64,000 nucleotides of DNA from Fimbriosthenelais zetlandica (Eukaryota): NCBI GenBank assembly GCA_977030845.1, contig OZ365112.1, positions 16,182,001 to 16,246,000 of the forward strand, given 5' to 3'. The translations under genes were made by a program, and so were the position numbers. The notes under the pieces were generated by a model. That model ran no database searches. It was not told the origin of the DNA and was given only the letters and a program-made list of their open reading frames with translations. This document shows, piece after piece, positions 38,513 through 49,700 of the stretch. How positions within the stretch are numbered: the first letter of the stretch is position 1; each line of letters starts with the position of its first letter.

Positions 38513-41500
38513 TCATTTCACACCATTCATTTTAAGGAACGCTTCCTGGGAGGGGTCCCGGCCTCGGAAGAGGCGGAACACTTGGTTGGCAGAGAGACCA
38601 CCACCTTCCTCCAAAAATGTCTCTCTGAATCTGAAAACAGCGGACATGTCATTAGATACATGAATATGACGATACAGATATAGTAAAAAGAATGTTGAAT
38701 GATTTGATTTACCTCTGTCCTATTACTGATACGGCCTGTGTGTCCTCCAGGCCAGCTTCTTCAAAGGCCCTGTACACATCGGATGCGATCATCTGAAAAA
38801 AATATAGTTCATGATTACTCCGATCCGTTGCACCCCTAACAGCCTTAAAGATAAGAATCTCTAGGAAACCCAATGACTATCTGGCAATACACCAGGGGTA
38901 GGTAAAGGAATTGAAGCACACATACTGACCTCTGCCCATTTAAATGAGTAGTAAGCTGCTGGGTACTGATCAGAGAATATGGCTGTGAGGGAGCAGGGGT
39001 GGTTGTCACTCTCTGGCTGACTGATGGGCATGAACTGATCCCACACACGAGTCATTATACGATGCCAATGGTCATCACTGAAATAATTAGTCATAGGTCA
39101 GGCATATATAACTCCAGAAATTCACAAAAATCAAAAGATGTCGGAGTTATTCCATACCTTATGTACATCTCCATGTCCAGAGCAGCATAATACAACTGCC
39201 TCATTGTATCATAACCATTCATGTATCTATGTGCTGGAAAATTTAAATTATTAAATTATCATGAACACAACTGAATTATTACAATATTCATGTGGGTGTC
39301 GGATACCTATAAAAAGTACCTTTAAGAATCTCATTTATGAGGCTTTCTTCGATTTTTTCTCCGGTTTGCCAGTGACCACTCAGCCTTCGTAGTGTGGTGG
39401 GGTTGTAGAGAAGCATAGTCATCACATTGGCGCTAATCTACAAGTCAAGAAATTACAGTTTTACATTAAGATGAAGCCAGAGCTAATAGCAAAATAGAGG
39501 GTATAAAGAGCTGGTCACATACCTGTAGGGCATCCCATTCTATGTTCCTCTGTCCACCTATCTCACTGTAAGGTACCTTCGTCAAAATCTGCTGGAGGCC
39601 ATGTCCGAACTAGGGAGAGGAAAGGGGAAAATGATGAACAGAGGGCAGAATTGATTGGTCTGAATCATGAAATAACTTGTATAAAATGAGAGTGGAGATG
39701 TGTGAATTTTATACCTCATAGAAAAGAGTTGCTAAAGCCTCGACAGAGAGAAGGCCAGGCTGGTCTGAGCTCAGAGGTCGAGGTAGGTTAAAGATGAGAT
39801 AGGACAGCGGGGTGGTACCTAAAATATCACTCCTGTCTGAAATATGATGGAAACGATTAAGACAGAAATTAGAAGTGATGTAATGAGAGGATCTAATAAT
39901 CAAATATCTCAAAATATGGTGTGTACCTCTTCCAGGTTCCATCCAAGCACCAGCTAGTTTCTCTGGTCGTGCATAGGGATCCAAAAAGAAGGCTCCAATA
40001 TATTTTCCATCTGTTACAAAAGAATATTAGTAAGATTATCTTTAACCAAAAAGCAATACACATGCAAGAGTTATATCACCAGAAGGAGTTATAGAAAGGC
40101 AGAAGCAAGAATCCTCAGTCAGGTTATAGCGCACCTTCTTTGTTGAAAACTTTCATAAATTTCACATGTGGATCCCAAGTGCTGACCTCCCCTGTACAAT
40201 CCTGAAATAATTCATATATCATATAAATGAAGGGAATAGAATGATTACATTGGTAGACAGCAACAATCGTAATGGGAATACATATTTTAAACTCAGTACT
40301 TAAGGTATTTTTGTTGAAAGTGAACAATTATTTATATTACCTTGATTTGAATACCGAAGAGTTCATCACATATTTCGAATAGACCAGTGAGTACATGTTC
40401 AAGAGGATAATATTCAGAGACTTCACCAGGATCTATGCTGCAGAAAAGAGTAAGAAATATCTATCTAAACCCCAGATATGTTTTAGAAATTCCCTGGACC
40501 TACTTACAATTTAAAAGATAGGATTTAAAAGATATCTCTTTTGTAACAAATGTAAAATACTTACTTGAACAGGTGTTGTCTGTGCCTACGTCTCCAGTAT
40601 GCCAAATCCCAAGCTTGAACAGTACCATTAAATCCTTCTGATGTGGCAAATTGTTGCACTTGTGCTACTTCTTCCCCTGCTATAGGCAGGAATTTTGATT
40701 TAAAACTGAAAATATAAATATAGAGAAAATCACCCATTGAAATTTGTTTTGTTAGTGGACAAAAATTAATCATATAGAACTCGATTTAAGGAAAATCTTT
40801 AAAAGTAAAACATATGCTTACTTTTCTATCATACTCATTACATTCTCGACGCTCCCGGCCATTTTGGTTTCTAGGGACATTTCTGCATAGTTTTCATACC
40901 CTAATAAATTAGCAAGATCCTTCCTAAAAGAAAAAATAGAAGAGTTACATGTATAGAGATGGAATGCCTAAACTACATAATATGCAATGTCATCTGTAAA
41001 AACCAGTAAAAGTTATCTTACCTATACAATCGAATGTCCTTAATGACATTGTGGTTTGACAAATTTTGAGAATCTTGTTGGATTGAGGCTCTATTATTGA
41101 AGGCCTGCCAGATGTTCCATCGCATTGTGCTGTCTGAACAATACTCGAGGAAGGGCGAGTAGATGCTCTGATTTAGTGTGACCTTCCACGGCCCTCGACT
41201 GGGATTGGTCCTATAAATCATTCAGATGCAAATTAAAAATCAAATATATTTAAGCTATAAGTTTGTCTGAGAAATTCTCTGAACAATATTAGATCACACT
41301 ACCACATTTATTTCCCAGTATATACTCAAATGATGAAATTGGAACATACTTATCAGCAGCCATTTGCCTCAGAATAGATCTGGGCATCTCTTCTATTTTT
41401 CCGAGGTCATCAATGGAGTGTGAGAACATGTTATGTGATAGCATAACCCTATTTCTAGAAACAAAAAATAAAAGCAGGTGAGGGTTTATTTAAAATATCG

Positions 41501-43072
41501 AGACAATGATAATAAATTAACTCATGTGTAGCCCATTTCCTTTTGAAAAACCTAGCAGATAAGGATCTCTTCCAATACCTCAGCTTATTCTCTAATATCA
41601 AAGGCTATTTACCTGAATGACTTTTTGGAATTCACAAGATTTGCGAGGATGTCCATGAATTTCTTCTTGTCTGGCCCCTCGAAATCTATACCATTGTATT
41701 TTGCCTCATTCAGATACATTTTGACCAATCGCTGCTGGTGGGCTGTAAGATTGTCAGATCCTGCTCCAACCTCCTGGAATCCAGAGAAAACTCTCAACCT
41801 CCTCACAAAACCGGTAAATGACATGCTCTTTTAAATATTTTAAATTGTAATTTCACAAATTGCACTCACCTTTACAGCTCTGTAGAGTTCTGGACTCAAC
41901 CATTTCTCATTCTTTGCTCGTTCTACTTGGGGATGGACCTAAAATATTTTTGATTTGTCAATAAAAGCAATTTTTAAATATCCACAAGGCAGTTTTATTT
42001 ACCTGAATACACAGTGGATTGACAAGCAAATAGACCTATTTTTCTTGTTTATAATGGAGGAAATAATCACCCGGCTGAAGGCAGTTCTGTAATCATCATC
42101 AGATGACACATAGTTGAGAATCTTTGCAGTCCGCCATCCGAAATTCATAGGGACACTTAGACGTTCGATGGGATCGAACACTGAGCTGAATGTTTTCTTC
42201 ATATTTGGATCTGGCAAAATATGATAAGGTTTTATAATTGTAAATGATTTCATGGAGCAATAATAGGGTAGGCCTCAATATTATTTAACAAGAAAACAAA
42301 GCTGTAAATAATAGTTACTTCTGCAGGTAGATTTTCAGTTACATAGCACTAATATAGGGTGTTGACTTTTATTAATCTTTTTATTAAACAATCCCATACC
42401 TCTGAGATTGTCAACGTGCTTGCCAAATGAAACATCATACTCAAGGGCAAGTTTGGCACATCCTGTGATGGTCTTGTCAGGGTTGATGGAGCTAAAGTCA
42501 GGATAATCATTCACCCTCATGATGGAGTTCGTTTCTGGTGTATCTGGCGGAATTTCTGGTAACCTTTTTTCAATAGAAATGACTTTTTTAATACCGGTAT
42601 TATACCAATAACATTTTTCAATGATTTTCCCCATTATTAAATTAATATTATTTAATATATTTTAATTAACAATATTATCAATAACATCCTACACAAGTCA
42701 TGGCATTGAACACAAGAAAGAGGCAGCCCCCCAGTTTCAACGACTGTCAAATCTCAATATGAGGACGTCAATACACATGATCATGGAGAACGTGATCATG
42801 ATCAAATCGCACCCGTCTGCCCCGATGCAGCAGTCGGACGTCAGGCTGACAGTGACGGACAGACAGGTGCCCGAAGCGGGACCAGGAAGGTCATAGGGAA
42901 AAACTAGAAGTTCATTGATGCACTGAACATAAATCTGGTTGACACAAATGTAACATATGATTTCGCATACTTACAGAACATAATATGACGAAGACGCATG
43001 TCTGGCAGCATTATATAAGGGTTTAAACCTAAAACCCTTGGTAGGGCGGCATCGGATCATGGAGGCCGCCAT
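38513..43072 (-). CDS. Oligopeptidase A-like (peptidase family M3A) protein, 721 aa, 19 coding exons, degenerate active site, probable mitochondrial presequence
   Basis: Exons (minus strand, in gene order) 42975-43072, 42400-42563, 42071-42210, 41870-41938, 41613-41773, 41350-41454, 41022-41210, 40822-40923, 40565-40705, 40341-40437, 40135-40201, 39927-40010, 39715-39836, 39523-39609, 39320-39437, 39158-39233, 38930-39077, 38713-38792, 38513-38630 join in frame (2166 nt, all GT-AG). OpdA/OOP-type motifs: GPWKVTL, LLGYENYAEMSLETKMAGSVENV, AWDLAYW, FFLDPYARPEK, LIFNLPRP, YPAAYYSFKWAE, FRLFRGRDPS. Confidence 0.93.
39523..39836 (-). CDS. M3A-like exons 13-14 carrying the degenerate zinc motif (TLFYE|FGHGLQQ...IEWDALQ)
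   Basis: Exon 39715-39836 ends ...ALATLFYE|GTATAA. Exon 39523-39609 reads FGHGLQQILTKVPYSEIGGQRNIEWDALQ|GTATGT. Confidence 0.92.
42975..43072 (-). CDS. M3A-like exon 1 (mitochondrial-presequence-like)
   Basis: CAAGATGGCG start; MAASMIRCRPTKGFRFKPLYNAARHASSSYYV is Arg/Lys/Ser/Ala-rich with no acidic residues; phase-2 GTAAGT donor compatible with exon 2. Confidence 0.85.
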
Positions 43073-43319
43073 CTTGGAAATACTGAGGAATGCTGGGAAC
43101 ATAAACAAATCCCAAAAACACAAAAGTTCAAAATACACATTTTCTTTTATTATGGACAGTATTCTTGATTTGGAATTTATTAAAACATGTTAATATTTTT
43201 TGGGATATGGAATAGGTGTATTTTGTTTATATCCGTGATGATTAATCGGGGGAATACCGGAAGCTTTTTGATGACGTAGGTGGTAGGGTAAGCCTCAGCA
43301 CAGAAGTGAAAATGGCGGC
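43065..43319. promoter_or_regulatory. Bidirectional promoter between the M3A-like gene and G-alpha12/13
   Basis: Divergent ATGs 239 bp apart. YY1-type AAGATGGCGGC (43065-43075, minus) and AAAATGGCGGC (43309-43319, plus) overlap the start codons. ETS-like ACCGGAAG at 43256-43263 and CRE-like TGACGT at 43272-43277. Confidence 0.7.
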
Positions 43320-43779
43320 CTTGGACTGGCTGGCACATTGTTGTGCGTCAGAAGAATTGAAAAGATCTAGGATGAGAAGTCGAGAGATCGATAAACAACT
43401 AGCGAAGGAGAAAATACAATACCAAAGGACTCAAAAAATCCTACTCTTAGGATCTGGAGAAAGTGGGAAGAGCACATTTCTGAAACAAATGCGGATAATA
43501 CATGGGCAAAAATTCCAGGAAGAGGAGTTACAGGGATACAAGTCTGTGATTTACGCCAATATTGTGAAGGGAATGAAAGTTCTTGTTGATGCCAGAGACA
43601 AACTCAGCATTCCCTGGGGAAACGAACAAAATGCTCACCATGCCCAAAATGTATTTAGTTATGACAATAACATAAAGTTAGATGACAAAGTATTTCACGA
43701 ATTCGTCAATTCACTCAAGTGTTTGTGGAACGATAAAGGAATAAGAACTGCTTTTGATCGGAGACGTGAATTCCAACTG
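43312..43779 (+). CDS. GNA12: G-alpha12/13 exon 1
   Basis: [19 protein letters not shown]...FDRRREFQL|GTAAGT. Confidence 0.94.
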
Positions 43780-46700
43780 GTAAGTTGAAGAGAAAATATC
43801 GTCAATTTTACTTTATTTGTCTTTACTTTGCATAGTTTATAAAGTAGAAGAATTAGTCAATACACTAATAATTAGCGTTAAGAGGTGGGGAGCTGCTATT
43901 CCAGTCTAAAGCCTAAGTCCAGCATATCGGATCAGTGTCAACATTAGTGCAGGGGTTTTTAGGTCAGTCATGGTTTATGCCACCCTCGTTCAAAACTAGG
44001 CCCATAAGGCCAAATAGCACCACTGCCAACACTAGTTTCACTAATGCTTGTACCATTGGTACTCTCTACAACAGTTAACTTCAGATCCTAGACCAGGATC
44101 TATGACTGAACTGATGCAGGGGGGCGTGGTCAACCCAGTCCCAGGTTTTGTTTTCTAAATATAAGCCTTGGTCCAAGCCAGGTTTGGTTAGGAGAAACAA
44201 GAGAGGTAAACCTGGAGGATGCTAAAAGAATACCCTTCGGTTAAACTCTCTTCATGTTGCAAACTTTTTTTTAGTTTTTATTTTATCCATTTATGTCTGT
44301 CTTGTGTTTTCTTAAGCTGAGTGTCTGCCCATTACTAGTATTGATAGTTAGTGAAGTCACATTCCATGCTATTGGATCATTATGGTCCTAATAAACACAA
44401 GGTACCTTATTTATACCTTAGTGATTTTGTTTGATAACACCCTACATGCAATGGTGACATACCATCCTATGCTAATTTCTGTTCGAGCAATGTTTCATCT
44501 GTCAAATAATATGCTGCCTTAATTTGAAGCCTCAGCCCCTAACAAGATGTCCATGTGTTGTGTAATGTGTACTATTTATATTACTAAATATAAATGACAT
44601 TTTATCATCTCTGTCATGCAGAATATTTGGGGTACCGGGTACATATTCCAATTCTATAATTTCATTTGAAAGTGACTGTAATGCCATGCATTATTCCTGT
44701 CATAAAACAGTATATAGATTTATTTCATGTCATTGTGTATTGCGAAAAAGCGCTGTCTGTTATCAGATGTAGTGATTTTGTGTTCTAATTGTACATTTAC
44801 ATGGGTGCAGGAGTGTTTGTTTAGACGTGAGAGTACACAATTGTATCCTATAATTAACCAGGCAGAAGATAAAGGACCATCCGGATCTGAATGATAACTG
44901 AGTTTAAATCTACATTTAAGCTTTATTTCCATATCTACCCTTCGGTAGAATCAACCCATTGGTAGATTGCACCTAGTCTAGGAGTTCAGCATTACTCATA
45001 TTCAGTTCTGGCACCAGTGTAAAAAATGTATTTTCTAAATGCGGTGGTGTCATTCTTGGAAACCATACACCTTATGAGGATTCATTAGGTATCTTATGGA
45101 GATATACAGAATGATGTCGCATTCACTTGAGACTCCAGGATTTGACCTGAAAAAGTCCTCGATCTGCCATGGCTATATTGAATTTCTTCCAAGTGATTCA
45201 CGTCAGTTAAATATCACGTTACATTTGTTATGATGTTATTCATATACATCAATAAATATACATATCCAGGCTGGGTCGGGCAGATAAAACGTGTGAGATA
45301 CTTAAATTAGTTTCACAGTTCTTTTCTGAGAAGTAAAATAAATAATTAATAGGGACCTGGGTGTAACTGTAAGGGATGATTCATCATTTCTTTCTTAATC
45401 TGGTATTAAATTGAACTCATTATTAAAGCCTTGGAGACTGCACTCGGCCAGTGTATCATAGTTTTGGCTTTATTGCCCTACTTGACTTTCTGAGAACCAC
45501 CAGCTGATATGTAGCTTATTTTAGCTTAATCCCTTGTATCCATAACGGCCTGGATTATTTCTAAAGTTAGGCTCTGGCTTCATCATAGATATCATATTGT
45601 TATACTGATAATTTGTGATAGTAGGGTATTTTCTTTTGCACAGAAGACATCATTCTTGTACTGTATAGTCTGCAGACAAGAATAGGAGTGTTTTATAGAG
45701 ATGTAGCAATTAAAACTAGGTTGTTTGAAAGCTTGGCCTGGGTAGGACCAATAGTTTATCCTTTGGGGTCTCACCACGCCCTTCTCATCGCTTAGATGTG
45801 CTAGTGTTATGTGTGATGAGGCCACACTAAACTTAGAAGATGTTACAAATATGAGAGGAAAAAATAGCGAGTTGAGAATAAATGTCTATACAGCTGAGAG
45901 GAAAAATAAATTTAGTGAGACATAAATAGCATGTGGGTGTAAGATGTGTTTGCATGAACTGTGAAATTTCAGTTTTCCGTCAGTTGCCTGTTCATTATCA
46001 GGGGCCAAATATAAAATGTTCACTCAGAAAGACGTTTGTATGAATTGCTACTTTGAGGTTAGCATTTTGAGGGTAGTCCAGATCTACTTATCGGTGAGCT
46101 AGACGAAAAGAATCCAGATCAAAACGAAATGAATCCAAATCAAAACAGCAGGAAACCCACCGCACACAGGTCATTATGCCATGGTGGTAACCAACCCAGA
46201 CTTGTCAGGCAGTGCTATAGAAGAGGGTGTTGAGTGTGTGAGGGGTGGGTGTGGAGGGGTGTGGGCATTGGAGTTTGAGCCCAGTAACTCACAGAACTAT
46301 ATGGCATGAGAGCTGTTGGAGAGGTACCCCAATGAGCTCTATACACAAACACATGGATCCAAGACACGGGGTCAGTGAGCGCGTTGCCATGGTTAATTCA
46401 CGCTATACTGGACCTTAAGCTGGTGTAGAGGAGGAGGGTGCACAGTGAGCTGCTCTTCACAGTGGTGGTCTGTTAGGGAGGCAGGTCATCTATCATTCAC
46501 ACATCTCCAAACCTTCCTATTACCCTGTCAACACTCCAGCCTTAATCAATGTCCCCTGTATCTCACTCACAGGAGGTGGTGGTAAATTAGAACCATTCAC
46601 AGATAAACCATTACTACTAGACTGTGACACAGCCAACATGTCACCTTCTAGGTATTTGTATGTCCGGTGACCTATGGTATAATTAATATGTGTGGCTCTT

Positions 46701-49700
46701 TTTACGGGTTGAAAAACAAATAGAAATACATAGCCGGTCCATCATGTATTTGAACAGGTCCATATTTGATTATTAAACCATCGTGGATTCATGTACTCTA
46801 TACTGCTTTCACCGACGAGTTGCTATCACTGAGAAAATATCTATCTATTTAAATACACCGCCCCTGGCCCTTTCTGCTCTGTTTTTCCTGTACTTGTGTA
46901 ACACGAAATTCAAATGACATCGCCTGAAACTGAGAAAGCAGCCAATCATATAACAGGTAGAAGGGGGCTTTTTCTGAAGTAAGCAGTGTCATTATTCAAA
47001 TCATGATCTCAATAGAAGTGACGTAATATATTGATAAGAAATGAGAATGACAGTGTGCAGCTAGAAAAATGCTAAAGCAGATACAAAACGTCCATGTATG
47101 GGGAGTAAAGCAGGCTATATAATGATGCCATGATATAGTACTTGATTCTAGATGTACCCCGGTATCAGTCAGTAGCAGGTTTTATAGAGGGGGCAGGGTG
47201 TAAGGAGCTGCGTAACGATGGTGACAGTGTCAGGGGAATCCCCAGCCACCTGACCCCAGTCTTCATGTACCATAGAGCACGGTGGACTAGTGTGTCGTGA
47301 GGGTGGAGAGAGGAAGAGCACTCTCTCCCTGCCCCCAACTCATTCAACTGTATGTTACTGTAGGAGACAGAAAGATGGGGAAATGGGCCAGAATCTTAAC
47401 CCTTTAGATATACATGTATTTGCAGTCTGTGAAGCAAAATCCTATTTATTTCTTATATATTGATTGTTGCTTAATGTAATTTCTGAAGAATTTCAAATTA
47501 ATATGGAGAAAATTGTCTCTGAAGAGGAAACATTTTGTGGGGTATCATATGTGCTTAGTTGGTTAGAGTCTGAATAGAAATTGTGTCACACAGAATGACA
47601 TTGTATTGTGAAGTGTGGCTTCCCTATCCATACACTACCCCAACATGAGAAATTTATAAGTAGAGAAAGTCTTACGTGATCTCTCCCCACCTGCATTGTC
47701 CCCATCAAATATTCAGATGTTCTATTGTGATTTTCCTGGCTATAGTGTCTAACACTCCAGGGAGAAAGCTCCCTCCACCACCAGCTGCCCCCGCGGTGTG
47801 TATTAGGAATATAAGCTATAACCCGTACATGTGTAATCAATCCTCATGTTTATTGTCATGCTTTCATAATGCTTTGCCCACATTAATACCACCCATATAG
47901 AGGTACTCTTTAGGTGTCATATCTAGCCGTACATATCCGCCATATTGCAATACTCTCTTCCTCAAACTATCTGACTTTCCTAGAAAACATATATATTGTA
48001 TACATTCAAGGTGTGTTTTAAAATATCATAGTAGTTAACAGGTTCAAATGACAATGTTGGGCTTTATAAATATTAAAATTTCATTTGTCTTCTAATTTAT
48101 GTCTGTTTCACCACCTGCCGTATAGAGCTCTGTGATTTCATGTGAACTAAGTTTCTGCTAATTTGTTCGTCACGATTTAAGGTCACATTTCCAACCACTG
48201 GAAAAGTCTCACAGTGACTTAATATAATTGGTTGAAAGTGTTATAACATGCGTACATCTGGTGATTTTCCTTTCACAATTAATGTTTCTTGTGTCTGTAC
48301 CTTTTATACATATATTCCTCTCACATGTTGTACTAGGTTGCAAGCGGCAACATGGTGAGTATATAGTCATTCTTGGCCTATAGAAGTTGCGTCTGCCAGA
48401 AAGATTAAATGGCAAACCAAGGTTCTTTACCAACCCTAACCTGCTTCTAGCTGCCAATGGCTCTACTCTACTGACCACAATTCTTTCACCTGAGGATTAT
48501 TAACAAAAATACTTTGAAGTTAAACCCACCAAGGAATAAAACCGCTGTGGTGGAACCCCAAAGTGCCTTACCACAGATGGTCTTATTGTTAAGAATTTAG
48601 GTTTAAAACCAAGCAGTTTATCCCATTACAACAGGTTCACAATTGAACTAAAACCAGTATGGTTAAGTCTAGAATTTAGGGATTTAGGAATACACCTGTA
48701 AGGTGTAAGTCATGTTAAACATCTTAACGTTATACAAGTTTTAAATGATGGAGTTTGTACTAAAAAATTACTAAATTTATTGGTAGCCCACCCACCATTA
48801 TAGTTAATTTTGCTGGCACATGGAAGTCTCATGGAGCAAAACATGCGACCAGCATGCGTCTGTTTTTTGAAATATATAACTTGCACATCTAGTAATACAT
48901 AGCCAAGGGATTCTATAGTCTAGAGTAAAGTCATAAATTGTTCTTAGACAGTTTATTCTTCAGTTCAGACAAGATTTATTTTTATTTGTAATCTGGTAGT
49001 GGTATATTCTATTTGTAAAGATGTAACATTGGGCATTTTATTTATGTTAGAAACTTAAGTAAGATACTAAAGTAGTTAAAAACTGCATCGCTTCAAGTAT
49101 TAGGCCTCGATGCTAAAGGTTGTCATTGCCATGGTTCAGCATGTTGTGACAATCTTGTTTGGCTTCATTAGATTCATGACATGGCTTTGATTTGGTGACC
49201 TTATTTCCACTTCCACTCTAGATCTGATTTCCTTCCTGTTGACCCGAAAGGTTCATAGAAGTTAAAGTAACAACCTAACAAGTAACAAGTTTCTGTCAAA
49301 AAACTTCGCAAAATTGTGATTTTCACAATTTGGGTCAAGGATTTGCACGTGTTGTTCAAATGATGCACTGTCTGTTTTAATGGTTTGGGGCATGTCTGCT
49401 TTGGTTCAGGAGGATTGAAGCAGGATTCTGTTCTGGTTTGACACCCTGAGTGTGAAGGACATAATGTATTGCTTATGCTATCATCCCAGTTGACAACCCA
49501 TTACAAATAGCAATGACTTATGGCAAAAAGTGCTCCAACCAATTGTCCTTCTGTCGCTCTACCTCCTATGTATTTAGCCAGTAGATTAACTACCTTACCT
49601 CATTGTCACCAGCACAGGGGGCAGCATTTACCATAAGTGTTATAACTAACATTGACACAGGACACATTAAGTACATATAATTATACAAATGTTGCTTGTC

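Noticed and set aside
43306-43311. GTG start given by the ORF track for G-alpha12/13
   Set aside because: Eukaryotic gene; the ATG at 43312 in AAAATGG context is the plausible start.
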